From NCBI RefSeq assembly GCF_006345805.1, contig NC_042997.1, forward strand, positions 85,870,001 to 85,934,000: 64,000 nucleotides of DNA, written 5' to 3'. Below, piece after piece: positions 22,159-35,170 of the stretch. A program made the translations under genes and the position numbers. Positions within the stretch are counted from its first letter, which is position 1; every line of letters starts with the position of its first letter. The notes below the pieces were generated by a model. It was not told where the DNA came from. It was given only the letters and a program-made list of their open reading frames with translations, and made no database searches. Source of the DNA: Octopus sinensis. Taxonomy: Eukaryota.

Positions 22159-25100
22159 TTAATCATTGCTTTACCACAGAACAGTTGAAAATTGCCCTGT
22201 TCAGAAAGAGTGATCATAGATCACCTGTCAGTTACTATCCAGTCAGTCTCACAAGCAGTATCCCCATTTTGATGAAGTCCTGTCAGAGGGATGCTCTGGA
22301 ATTTCTGAAACTCTCATAACTTTATTTAACCCATCCAACCCTTGTTAGCATGGAGAATGGTTGTTAAATGATGATGATGATGATTAATTGTGGAAGTCAT
22401 TTATAATCAAGTGAATCAGACTCCCACAATGACCAGTTCTTATTTATCAATACTAGAAAGACAAAAGGCAAAGTCAACCTCAACAGCATTTAAATTTTAA
22501 ATAACTACCTAGTTCTAGGTTCAATCCCACTGCATGGTTGTGGAGGCATGTGTCTTCTATGTAACCCTGAAAGGACTTAGGTGGGAGGAATTTGGTAATA
22601 AAACAATTTTGCTGAAGCTCATTGTTCATGTTTGTGTGTATGTTCTGCATATAAGTCAGCAAGCTGGCAGAATCATTAGAAACTTGGAAGCAAATGCCTT
22701 TCTGTATTTCTCCTTGATCTTTGCATTCTGAGTTCAAATCTTGCCAGGGTCAACTTTGCTTTTCCCTTCTCCTGGGCCTGATAAAATAAATACTAGTCTA
22801 GTACTGGGGTCAATTATGGTAATTACCATCTCCCCTTACTAAGCTTAATTCAGACATAGTAAATTTATTATATATATATGGGACAGGGGTATATATATAT
22901 ATATCAGTATAGACCAATGTATCATGTTACATCCAATGATGTCTAAAGGTAACATTAGCCACACAATAAATAGAAATTGTTAAATAAATATGAAAACTGA
23001 AATATGTTCCGAGGCATCAATATAAACATCTAAAAACCTATTGATGTCTCTGTTTGGCTGCAGCTCTATGAGTGAAACCAGTGAAAAGAATCATAATTTA
23101 ATATTTACGCTTTTATGCTTGCATGGGTCAGACAGAATTTATTGAGGCAGATTTTCTACAGCTGGATGCCCTTCCTGTTGCCAACACTCACTTGTTTCCA
23201 AGCAAAGTAATATTTCTTCTTATGTCCAGACATGTTTTTTATGGAAGACTGGAAACAAGTAACATCATTTGTGTGATGGTGACACTCATTTTACAACCAT
23301 CACATGACGTCAAGTTTAGGGTACATATAAACACATACATGTGTGTGTGTGTTTATGATGGGCTTATTTCAGTTTCTGTCTACCAAATCTACTCAAGGCT
23401 TTGGTCAGCCCAGGGCTATAGTAGAAGACACTTGTCTAAGGTGCTGCACAGTAGGACTGAACCTGAGACCACATGGTTGGGAAGCAAGCTTCTTAACCAC
23501 ACAGCCACATCTCCTGCACTGTAAGTCAAAAATTATATACTGTAAAACTTTTAGTCCAGTGCTAGTATTGTTTCTGCTATTGAAATGGCTAATCTTGAAG
23601 AGAGGGGTTCATATTCCCCTTAGGTGAGATGAACTTTTCAAATCTAGAGAAAGACAAGCTTTGCAAGATTGACTGATTTGCTCTAGATAAGATACATCCT
23701 GTAAACAAAACAAGAAAACTTTCAAGTGGTACACTTATGATGATTCAATTAGTTACAGGCCTTGCTAACATAGGTTGAATCAAATTATAGTGTTCACAAA
23801 CATAGGCAGAATCAATAAATTTTAATGTTCACTAAATCAGTTTTAAACTATGTCACTCTTTGTTCCTGCTGTAGAGTTAACTGGTAATTTCTTACATAGG
23901 CACAGGCATGGCTGCATGTTACTTTGGATAGGTGTCTTCTACTTTAGCTCTGGGTTGACCAATGCCTTGTGAGGGAAGAATGGTAGATGGAAACTGTGCG
24001 GAAGCCCACTACACACATATATTCTATCTTTTACTTGTTTCAGTCATTAGACTGTGGCCAGGCTGGGGCACTGCCTTGAAGGGTTAGTCAAACAAATCGA
24101 CTCCAGGACTTATTTTTTTAAGCCTATTACTTATTCTATTGGTTTCTTTTGTGGAACTGCTAAGTTACCAGGACCTAAACACACCAACACCAGTTGTTAA
24201 GCAGGGGTAGTGGGGACAAACACAGACACAAAGACATGCACACATAGACATATACATATATACATACAATGAGCTTATTTCAGTTTATAATAAGTACCAG
24301 GCTTAAAAAGTAAGTAGTGGGGTTAAATTGTTCAACTAAAACCCTTCAAGGCAGTGCTCCAGCACGGCCACAGCCTGGTGATAAAAATAAGTAAAATATA
24401 AAAAATAGACATAAAGGCTAGCAAGTGGAAAGTCCAGTATAATGAGTCCAGTATAAAATACCTGACTGGTGCTTTATCAACCCCACAGCTCCATGAGGAT
24501 GAAAAGCAAAGTTGATCTTGGCAGGATTTGAACTTAGAACATAAAGAATTGTAACTAAATAACCAAAACATTTTATATGATACTCAAATGATTCCACCGA
24601 GCAACCAGTACAGAGGGAAATAATAATAAAACAAAGAGAAAAGAAAAATTAATCTGGCAATTTAATTTTCCATGTTTATTTCAGTTTCATTTTGTCTTTG
24701 TTTTTATACTTTTCCAATTTCAATAATATTTGCTTAAATGTTATATGTTCTATGAAATGAAAAATACTACGAACATGTTTTAATTTTCCTTCAAACTAAT
24801 TTGTTTCAGATTGATGGAAAAATATGGGTGTACAGTTGCTGGCCACTTTACAAATAGGTTCGTATAAAATTGAAACAATTTATGCAATATTTCCCTCTGT
24901 CGTGAGAGGAGCATTTCATTCCTGTCAACTTCTCCAAAGTGACATTCATTACATGTACTTAATGTTTTACATTGTGCATATATAACCATACACGCATACA
25001 CGCTCATATTGACATATATATATATACACACACACACATATATATACACACACACATATATATATATACTCATGCATATATAATATATATACACTCACAT

Positions 25101-25177
25101 ACATATATATATACACACACACACATATATATACACACATATATAAATACACACACATACACACACACACACATACA

Positions 25178-25217
<40 letters not shown>

Positions 25218-25939
25218 TGTGATTCTGTATGTATATATATTTTATCTGGATATGTCAATTTTTCCTTTACAGAATTCATGCAGTCACTAACAAAGTGACA
25301 AGACTGATCTCTTTATGTCAAGACAGCTCTTACTAGATATGTGATTAGTTAGTGTATGCATATATATATATGTGTGTGTGTGTCTGTGTGTGGATAAACT
25401 TATTGTTTAGTGAGTATGCAATGTCACTTCAGTATACAAGTATGTACACACACTTCATTATTGTGTGTGTATGTGCATGTGTGGTCCTTATGTACATGTG
25501 ATTGTGCATTTGTTCAGTCTTGAACCTCAAATAGATAATCCCTGAAGTGTTTCATAAGTTTCCACTCTACTATTAATCAAGATAATTTTGAAGAATGTTA
25601 CTCAGTTTGCTTTGTTCTTGGAGAATCCCACAATTTCTAGGCTTTTGTAGATGCAGCATTCAATATAGAACTTATGACAATAGGTACAAATGAAAATTTA
25701 TTGCCTGGATATAAGAGCTGTAAATTTTTGCTGTTGTTCCCCAGAGACGTACCTTTTCCTCCCAATGTTTGATCATACATTGGTATCCACCAGACAGCTG
25801 GTTTCTACTACACGTGTGCATGATTTTGTTCCCAGTCCCACAGAACAAATATCTGGTCCATATTATCATATAGTTTATATGTCTGTTTAGTGTGTGTGTA
25901 TATGTGTATGTATGTATGTATGTATATATATATTTATAC

Positions 25940-25982
<43 letters not shown>

Positions 25983-25983
<1 letters not shown>

Positions 25984-26223
25984 GTGGGGTGCAAAGTTGG
26001 TATATAGTAAGTATCACATTAATGTTATAATACTTAATTCATTAAAATTATTAGCACATAAATTAGTTAGCTTCTTTTTTGATATTTTCACTCTCAATCA
26101 CAATATATTTATCATAACTATAATGATACTTTTATTGTAACTTTTAATATTTTTCATAAAAATAAATGAGTATTGTGTGTGTTTTCTTTTTTCATAACTG
26201 TATACCTACTTTTGCACTACCTG
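25983..26223. mobile_element. Tc1/mariner-type MITE inserted in (TA)n
   Basis: Imperfect TIRs agtggggtgcaaagttggtatatagt and actgtatacctacttttgcactacctg. Confidence 0.5.
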
Positions 26224-28818
26224 TCTCAATAAACCACTATTGTTCCTTAAAGTCATTTTTTTAATATTTACTACAGATTACTCAAAGCTAACTTTCTTTC
26301 TACACCTGGATCATACATTTATGCTCTTTCTGCCTCAGTTATCCAAAAAATTCTTACAATTTCATACCGTTAATGATAACATTGTTCATTTTTGGTGGCG
26401 TCAACAAAAAGCTGTTGGGAATAGTGAACAAACGTTGGGGACAGTGACGAAAACAAACACACAAACTCACACATTTCATGTCTTTTATACAGTAATAATC
26501 ATACATTTTTTTGTTGTAATGCATTATTATATTTTCTGTTGTAACTGAATTATAATGTACCATATTGAATTATCCAGCAGCACTTTGAAGCGTTGTTCAA
26601 TTCATGGTGCTTCATTGTCCCTTGCAAACACCTACATTAAATCAAAGCTAGTGGCACTTTGGGGTAGTATAGAGGGATGTGAACTGCAGTGTGCTGAAGT
26701 GAACACCCATTACTGCACATCACAATCTGTATGGCAGTCTTTGAGTATCACATACTTTTTTTCGCTGTTTAGATTTTGACATTCAAGTTCAATTTTGGTA
26801 TTGCAGTAAGTGACCCTAATTACCCATTCCTCTATTTCTTAATATTTTACTATTTCACTGTCAGTAAGCATCTTGTCATGGTATATTTCTTCATCTTCCC
26901 CTTCACAATTAGCTGTAATTCCTATCAAGGAGAATTGAATTTAACATGACTGTACTTCAATGATGTCTTCCCCTTTCATTTGCAAACATGACTAAAGGGT
27001 TGTGTAATGGATGATCAGCAAATTATCAACCCTCACCATCCAGCCATTGAACCAGCCATAGTCACAAATAGTGTCTAATACTTTATTTTACCTTATTGGT
27101 GTCTCAACAAAAATCAGATATCATCTTTCACGACTCTATATTCGCAGGATTTCTTTGGCCAGCATGATGTCCTTTCTGCTTTGATGCATAAAGTCTAGGT
27201 TTCCTGAACACCCCTTATAAGCAATCTTCATGCTGTACCTAGCACATCTTGAAATTCTATTCCTTTATATACTCTAGTTTAGATTTTATACCAGACACAC
27301 TTGGTGCATTCTTTGTGAAAGCTAGCCACAGTTTCTTTGCTGTCAGGGATTCATCTATTGTTCTGTTACATATCACATTTCAGCTACTCATAGCTTGTGA
27401 TAACTTATACATGAAAAACCAAGCCCTTGTTTAAACCAATAACAGCATGTCACTTTCTTTTACATACATCGAATTGAATTAAAAGACAGTCTCTAAACCA
27501 AAGATTATTGAAAGCTGCCAGCAGAGACACACAGTGATTAGGATAGCATAGTGGAATGATGGAGAATTTCTAAAATGCAAGAGTTTTTAGCTAATAAATT
27601 CTGAGCTGAATATGGTGTTTTGGCACGTTTTTACTTTATGCAATAATTTTTTTTCTCCAAGACAAACAGCAGTAAAAAAACTCTTCACAGGCTCAAATTA
27701 CTTTGAAACGTGGACTGGGTTTAAGTTCAGATGGAGGCATACATCTATGCATGCATGTGTGTAGGTTCATGTTTGTGTTCTGTTATATGAAACTGGAGGC
27801 CCATAGAACCCAGCAGGCATTGTTCAATACTGATATTTACTTCTTAACAGAGCTATATCTAAATTATTATTATTACAATAAATGCAAAAGAGATACTTGA
27901 ATATTATGAATCATCATATTTGGTTTCTTTTCTTTTTTTTTTTTTTGCTTCTGTTTCTTTGCCTGTCCATTTCTATTCCTAATAATGATATTTTAGTTAT
28001 TATATTAATGCTAATTCTATAATCATTACTCGATGATCTGCTTATGTTTGTTAATTCATTTTTTGCTTCTTTATCATACCTTGAAAATATTCTTTGTATT
28101 TAACAATTAACAGGCCATTTGCGTGTGCCTCTTCTTGATGTTTTATGCATAATTCATCTCATATATGAATGATAACTGTTGTGATGCAGTTTATGAGCTA
28201 TGAGTGCCCATGATACAATGGCAATGAATGTTTAATTTGCTAATTAACCATTTCACAAACCACAATACTTCGCAGAGCCAATATTTAACTCTAATATTTG
28301 TAGTGTTTAATGGATGACATACCCTTGAGAGAACACTAGTCTCTTGTAATTAACTTTCCCCTAGAAATTCTGGAACATTTTAGAATTGATTATCCTTTTC
28401 ACAAACACAACGAAATGGTTGAAATGAGATATGAATTCTTGAATTCACTACCTTTTTAGCTGAGACTCTTTAACCACCTGCTCTAACCACACACCTCCTT
28501 TTATTTCATTGTTTAACGAATCAGTAAGGTATCATTAAGAGATTGGAAATTCATGTGAGAGACATAGGTGTGTGGCTAAGAAGCTTGAATCTCAACCATG
28601 TAGGCTTGGGTTCTGTTCCTCTATGCAGTACCTTGGGCATGTCTTGTATTATAGCTCTGAACACACCAAAATCTTGTGAGTGGGTTTAGCAGACAGAAAC
28701 TGGAAGAAGCCCATCATGTATATGAGTGTGTGTGTGTGTGTGTGTGTATGTGTGTGTGTGTGTGTATGCATGCATGATGTATATGTGTGTGTGCACACAC
28801 ACACACACACACACACAC

Positions 28819-28870
<52 letters not shown>

Positions 28871-28951
28871 TATATATATATATATAAAATAAACAATTTG
28901 GACAAATAAATATAAGTGGATTTGATAGTCAGAAACTGAAAGAAGCCTGTC

Positions 28952-28978
<27 letters not shown>

Positions 28979-28982
<4 letters not shown>

Positions 28983-30147
28983 GTTGGCAAATAAGTTTCT
29001 GCTGTTTTTTTTTAATTTAAGTTTTTTAAAAGGTTTAATAAAAACAAACAACTGTTCACAACTTCTTCCCAATGTTCAGCAAGTTTTTCAATACCTCGTT
29101 GGTAGAAATCACCCAATTTCGACTTGAAAAAGTGATCCAACCAAGCTCACAATTCTGCATCAGTATTGAATGAAACTCCATGCATAGCATTTGAAAGAGA
29201 TCAAAAAAGGTGGAAATTTGTTGGTGCCAAATCAGGAGAGTATGGTGGGTGTGGCAGCACTTCCTAGCCATGCATTTGAATGGTTTCCTTTGTCATATTG
29301 GCGATATGAGGGCGGGTATTGTTGTGCAGTAGAAGAACTCCATGCTGCCGATTAGGTCTTTTCTTTTGAACAGCTGTGTTGAGTCATTCCATCTGTTGAA
29401 CATTGAGTTCCATGTTGACCTTTTGGTTCTGTTCAAGCAATTCATAATGGATAATCCCTTCCCCGTCCCACCATATGCACAACATCATTTTATGCAGATG
29501 AAGATCTTGTTTCACGCACGGTGTCACTTGTTTTCCAGGGTTAAGCCACTCCTTACGCTGCTTCATATTGATGTACTGGCACCATTTCTCGTCACCAGTA
29601 ATGATTTGGTAAAGAAATCGTTGCTTGTGACCATGAGTTGAGCAATGACGAGTAAGTAAACTAGCAGAGATTGTGACTTGTTGATTTTTGTTGCTGTCAC
29701 TTAAAGCATGCAGAACCCATGCTCCATACTTCTGAACCTTTCCCATCGAGTGAAGATGCTTCTCTATAGCATTCCATTTTCTCTGCCAGTTCCTTGTTGT
29801 TTGACAAGAATTTTCATGCAAAAGTTGAACTTGGAATACCAATCACGAGCGAGTCTTTCAGCTATGGTACCCTCTCCATACACAACACAAATGTCCCGAG
29901 CAGCTTTTGTGGCCTTAGAACTTTGATTAAAAGCAAAAAGGAGGTGTCAAAAATGCTCATTTTTCTTAAATTGACATTCCATTTTAATGATCTGAAAATA
30001 AACAAAAATTAACTAAAATTAACTAGAAAAAATACAAAATAGATTCCAAAATGATTCAAAAATAGGATTCTCAAAAAAAAAAATAGATTCCAAAATTTAA
30101 AAATGCAATAAATTCCCAAATTTAAAAAAACTTAGTTGCCGTCCCAA
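28979..30147 (-). mobile_element. Mariner DNA transposon (DD34D type), defective
   Basis: TIRs ttgggttggcaaataagttt and aaacttagttgccgtcccaa. TA on both sides (28977-28978 and 30148-30149). Confidence 0.92.
29052..29982 (-). pseudogene. Mariner transposase pseudogene
   Basis: MECQFKKNEHF..AARDICVVYGEG..GAWVLHAL..IITGDEKW..MLCIWWDGEGIIHYELL..LLLHNNTRPH..HG*EVLPHPPYSPDLAPTNFHLF..EKLAEHWEEVVNS. The 2nd and 3rd catalytic D are mutated to N; it has frameshifts and an N-terminal deletion. Confidence 0.9.
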
Positions 30148-30377
30148 TATATGTATGTATATATGTGTGTTTGTCCCCTCATCACCACTTCACAACCGGT
30201 GTTGGTATATTAGGCCCCTGTAACCTAGTAGTTCAGCAAAAGGGATTGACAGAAAAATTACTAGGCTTAAAAAATGAGTACTGGGTTCAATTTGTTCGAC
30301 TGGAACCCTTTCAAAGTAGTGCTTCAGCATGACCGCAGTCAAATGACTGAAACAAGTAAAATGAATAAACATATATA

Positions 30378-31213
30378 CAGGGTGCAAAGGGTAAATTGTC
30401 GCCATTTTATATTTTCGTGTATATGTATAGTTTGTTTTTGATTTTGTCAACTACACAGTATAGTAGAGTCAGTTGGGTACCATCTTTGAGAAAAACAGTA
30501 CCATGACACAATTCACTCTGCCAGAAATTAGGAAATGACATGCTGTACTGTTTGGCATTCATGCTGGAAGCTCCAATATGAACACTTCAGAGTGTTTGGG
30601 TGTCAATCTGAGGACAAGTACCAAAAGTGATAAAAATCAAATATCCAGTCAACATCATGGTGTTTGGAGTGATCACTAGTGATGGCAATGTTATGCCTCC
30701 ATTCATCTTCCCACACATCCTCAGACTCAACATGGAGGCCAACATCAAGTGTCTGGAAGAGGTAGTGTTGCCCAGGGTGAAGAGCGTGGCTGCTAGAAGA
30801 CCTTATGTCTGGTAACAGGACTCTGCACCATGCCACATGACCAGGAAAGCCCAGTCATGACTGTTTGACATTTGGCCACCTAATTCCCCAGACTGCAACT
30901 CCCTTGATTATTGTCTGGGGTGCAGATGAGCAAGAGAGTAACAAAACTCCTTGTAACACCAAAGATAAACTGAAGGCAAGGATTATGGCAGCATTCACCA
31001 ACTTAAACAGGGAAGCCATCCAGAAGAGTTGCGGGAGATTCTGAAGTTGTCTTGAGGCTGTGGTCGAAGCCAATGGCGATTTTATTGAATAAATTTACTC
31101 TTTAGTATTTCAAGATATTTTAATGTAATTTTGGTAAATATATCTGTTAAAATGTGATGTCTGCGATTTTCATTTTTGTGTAATTTAGACGACAGATTAT
31201 TCACCGCACCATG
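30378..31213 (+). mobile_element. maT/DD37D-like Tc1-mariner element, internally deleted
   Basis: MVFGVITSDGNVMPPFIFP..LPRVKSVAARRPYVW*QDSAPCH..IWPPNSPDCNSLDY/VWGA..NKTPCNTKDKLKARIMAAF..LEAVVEANGDFIE*. TA-flanked imperfect TIRs cagggtgc..tgtcg and cgaca..gcaccatg. Confidence 0.85.
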
Positions 31214-31252
<39 letters not shown>

Positions 31253-32139
31253 ACAGACTTCTTTCAGTTTCCATCTAGCAAATTCATTCACAAGCCTTTG
31301 GTTGACCTGGGGGTAGAGTAGAAGACACTCAGGGTACTATACAGTGGGACTCAACTCAAGACCACTTGGTTAGGAAGTTAGCTTTGTAACCTATGATGCT
31401 TCCTCTGAATTTGTCCAAGTCATTCATGTCTAACATTTGCTGACATTTCATTTATAATATGTCAGCAGGGAAAATTAATTATTGAGAGGATTGCAGATAG
31501 AACATAGTAAATCTTTGCTATTGAGTTAATTACAAGTGATATTAATCTCTGGCCTTAAGCTAGAATTAGCTTAAAGATTGGCTTTGTCGTCATGAAAGAA
31601 ATAACATGAAGAAACCATATCTTAGTGAGGAAACAGTAAAGTGCTGGCTTTTGATTATTCAGTTTTAACTACTTTAGGTCTCTTCATATTTGCTATTATT
31701 TGGCCATTTATGAAAATAAAATCCTGTGTAGAGGAAGAATTGTCAAGTTTCCAAATTATAAATATGTCCTTAGAAGTATGAAAAGCAAAATTGGTGATTA
31801 ATTTATTCTTTTATTTGTTTCACTTATTCGACTGTGGTCATGCTTGGACTCTGCTTCAAAGGGTTTTAGTCAAACAAGTTGACCCTCCAATACTTATATT
31901 TTTAAGTTTGATTACTTATTCTATCAGTCTATTTTCTGAACTGTAATGCAAATAAATGTAGGATGCAAATAAACAATACTCGTCAAATGATGGAGGAGAC
32001 AAAAACATACATACATATACATACACAGACACACACATACATACATATATATACATGCATACATACATACATGCATACAGACAGACAGACAGACATGTGC
32101 ATACATACATACACATGCATACATACATGCATGCATGTA

Positions 32140-32583
32140 TGAAGGGGTGCTGAAAAGTTCCTGGCTTTACCTAAAAGAAAATACAGAAGGATCAGTTAAT
32201 TATGATTTTATTCAACATATTCCCCTCTCAGATTCACACACTTATTTCAGCAGTCCTTCAGTTTTTCTAAGCCTTGTTAAAAAACTCAGAAGTTTGGGCT
32301 TCCAACTAGGCCTTTCATGACACCCTTAACCCTTTCGATACCAACCCGGCTGAAACCAGTTCTGGCTCTGAGTACAAATGTCTTGTTTTCATAAGTTTTT
32401 AATTAAAATCTGCCACCAAACCTTAGTCACAATTTATGTTCCTAACACTAGCTGAATGATAACCAAGTTATTTTACTAAATTCTTTGTTATATTTAAAGT
32501 AATTGAAAGAAACACAGAACATCTCAAAATAAATACAGTAACGAAAGGGTTAAAGCCAGGAACTTTCCAACAGCCCCCATGAG
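32140..32583. mobile_element. Mariner-type MITE hosting a nested TTAA MITE
   Basis: TIRs share the 16-nt aaagttcctggcttta (left near 32154, right as reverse complement from 32551). TA at both ends. Confidence 0.75.
32330..32549. mobile_element. piggyBac-type MITE with TTAA target-site duplication
   Basis: ttaa|ccctttcgatac ... gtaacgaaaggg|ttaa. Confidence 0.85.
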
Positions 32584-32737
32584 TATGTGTGTGATGGACT
32601 TCCACAAAGTTTCTTGTCTACAAATTCACCGACAAGGCAGTAGGTTGGCCCAGGGCTTATAGTAGAAAACACCTACCCAAGGTGCTGTGCTCTGTGACTG
32701 AACCTGAAATCATGTGATTTGAAAGTATATACCTTCT

Positions 32738-32763
32738 CTTTTATTTTATTTTATTTTATTTAG

Positions 32764-32802
<39 letters not shown>

Positions 32803-32812
32803 TATATTTATT
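32738..32812. repeat. (TTTTA)n/(TTTA)n microsatellite
   Basis: Direct reading. Confidence 0.9.
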
Positions 32813-32874
32813 TATGTACTTTTAAAGCTCTGTTACTGTACTGCGAATTTTCAATGTCAATTACATTGATTTAA

Positions 32875-33070
32875 CCCATTGATAGCAACCCACCTGAGAG
32901 AGTCCCAGGTTTTTTAAGTTAATCTGATTTCATACTTTCCATTGAAATTTTGTGTTAATTTATGTTCCAAACTTCAGCTTAACATGACGGTTATTTTATT
33001 TTATTTTATTGAATTCTTTATTATTTTCAAAATTGATTGATTGATGCAAAGAAATATGACAACCAAAGGA
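32875..33070. mobile_element. Older TTAA-flanked MITE related to 32330-32549
   Basis: ttaa|cccattgatagcaacccacctgaga ... caaccaaagga|ttaa; colinear with the 32330 copy. Confidence 0.6.
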
Positions 33071-33210
33071 TTAAGTTGCCTAATGCAGCAAAGATACAAA
33101 GCTATCGTAGCTCTCTTACATAATCTGTACCAAACATTTTTCACTGATTTAATAATTAGTAAATTTTTTCTTAGGTATGTGTTCAGTATAATAGAATTTT
33201 CATAAACATA

Positions 33211-33575
33211 GGCACAGATGTGGCTGTGTGGTTAGAAGCTTGCTTCCCAACCACATAGTTCCAGGTTCAGTTCCACTGCATGGCACCTTGGGTAAGTGTC
33301 TTGTACTATAGCCTCAGGCTGACCAAAGCCTTGTGAGTGGATTTGGTACAGAAACTGAAAGAAGCCTGTCATATATATATGCATATATATATATATCATG
33401 TGTCTTTGTGTCTGTGTTGGTGTGTTTTCATTTCCATAACTTAGCAGATCAGCAAAAGAGACTGATAGAATAAATACCAGGCTTCAAAAAAAAAAAAATA
33501 ATAATAATAATTTGACTAAAAATTCTTCAGAATGTTGCTCCTGCATGGCACAGTCTAATAATTGAGACTAGTATG
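33211..33575 (+). mobile_element. tRNA-derived SINE, family A
   Basis: ggcacagatgtggctgtgtggttagaagcttgcttcccaacc head plus body and tail. Confidence 0.8.
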
Positions 33576-34119
33576 ATAATCAAATATTCCACCAATAATA
33601 TAGTAGACAGCATCCTTTGGATTCCAAAATTGTTAAATTCCTAAAAAGCTTGCCATAACATGGAATTCCATAATGTGCTACCTATTTTCCCTTTGACTTT
33701 CATATAACAGCAATATTTACAGGAACTCAGTGGTTCCATAACATGAAGGAATCCTATATATTTTTAGACAAATTATTTGCAAATGTAGAAAACAAAATAT
33801 TACCTTTTTTGTGTTCTAAATTCAAATCTTGCCAGAGTTAGCATTGGTCTTCATCCTTTTAGTCTTGTTTTGAGTTGGGTGTGAGTTCAATCATCAGGAA
33901 CTTTTCTATTATGTATATTTTTCCACACCATTTATGGCTACCTGGTTAAAGAGCTTTCTTTGTAACAAGGTGCTTCTGGGTTCAGTCTTACTGTGCAGCA
34001 CTTTGGACAGGTGTCATCTCCTATAACCCTGGGCTGACCAATGCTTTGAGAGTAAATATGTTGATGAAAACTGTGTGGAAGTCCTATATATACATACATA
34101 TATATATATATATATATAT

Positions 34120-34163
34120 CATCATCATCATCGTTTAAAGCGGACGTTAAACGATGATGATGA

Positions 34164-34208
<45 letters not shown>

Positions 34209-34258
34209 ATATATCATCATCATCATCGTTTAAAGCGGACGTTAAACGATGATGATGA

Positions 34259-34260
<2 letters not shown>
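34120..34260. repeat. Two tandem perfect 46-bp inverted repeats (19-bp arms, 8-nt loop) in (TA)n
   Basis: catcatcatcatcgtttaa-agcggacg-ttaaacgatgatgatgatg at 34120-34165 and 34215-34260. Confidence 0.95.
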
Positions 34261-34311
<51 letters not shown>

Positions 34312-34948
34312 CACACACACACACACGTGTGTGGGTGTGAGTGTATTGACTTGTTTGATTATACCCTTCAAAATTATATATTGTGCACTTTATTGAGTCT
34401 TCTTATGCACATGACCCTTGGTCATTGGAAAAATTGTCTTGCATGAAACCAATCTGTGGTGCAAAAAATATTGGGGATCCCTCTACTAAATTGTTATTGA
34501 CACTTAACACTACAATTATTAGTTAATATTCAGATATTCTACTTCTCTTACAAGCAAAAACCATGACTAATCAGATAAATTGAAAGGACTAAAATAACAA
34601 TAATAAGAAGAACAATAACAATCAATTGTATTGCTCACCTACATTATGCCTACTTATGCAAAGATAATTTCCACATCGTTAATCATTAATCCTTCAAATG
34701 AATTGTTACTTAGCTAGCTTTGTATGACTTGCCGGATTATGGTATCTTTGACAGATGAGAAATTACAATATTTGAGATCTGTGTCATCTACAATATAAGT
34801 TAACCTCCTACAGCCTCAAAAATGATATTGGGAAATGTACCTTACTCATGACATATATCTTTACAGTTGAGCCAATGACAGTGACTTTATATGATTGCTT
34901 GATCTGTTAGAAACCAAATCTATTTTAAATCTCACTTGAATGTCTTCA

Positions 34949-35170
34949 CCCTGTAGCATTTAAACCAGCTGTATCTGGCCAAAATATTTTATCTGTTTTA
35001 TGTTCTAACCAGCCAGATATGATCTCTCACACCTACCCTACAATGTCATTCTGAAACTACAACAATCATATTATCGAACTCTCAATGCTACAAGATAATG
35101 TCTAATTAATTCAAAACAATGTGAATAAATAAGCATTACTTTTGACAGAAAAATCTAAATACTAAAAGGG
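34949..35170. mobile_element. TTAA-type MITE, inverted homolog of 21939-22158
   Basis: ccctgtagcatttaaaccag..ctctcacacctaccctacaatgtcattct..aatactaaaaggg. The target-site duplication has decayed. Confidence 0.7.

Larger units (their letters stand above)
28566..30365 (+). mobile_element. Family A SINE interrupted by a mariner
   Basis: Head and body at 28566-28978. The SINE resumes at 30150 with gtgtgtttgtcccc..tagtgcttcagcatgaccgcagtcaaatgactgaaacaagtaaaa. Confidence 0.75.
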
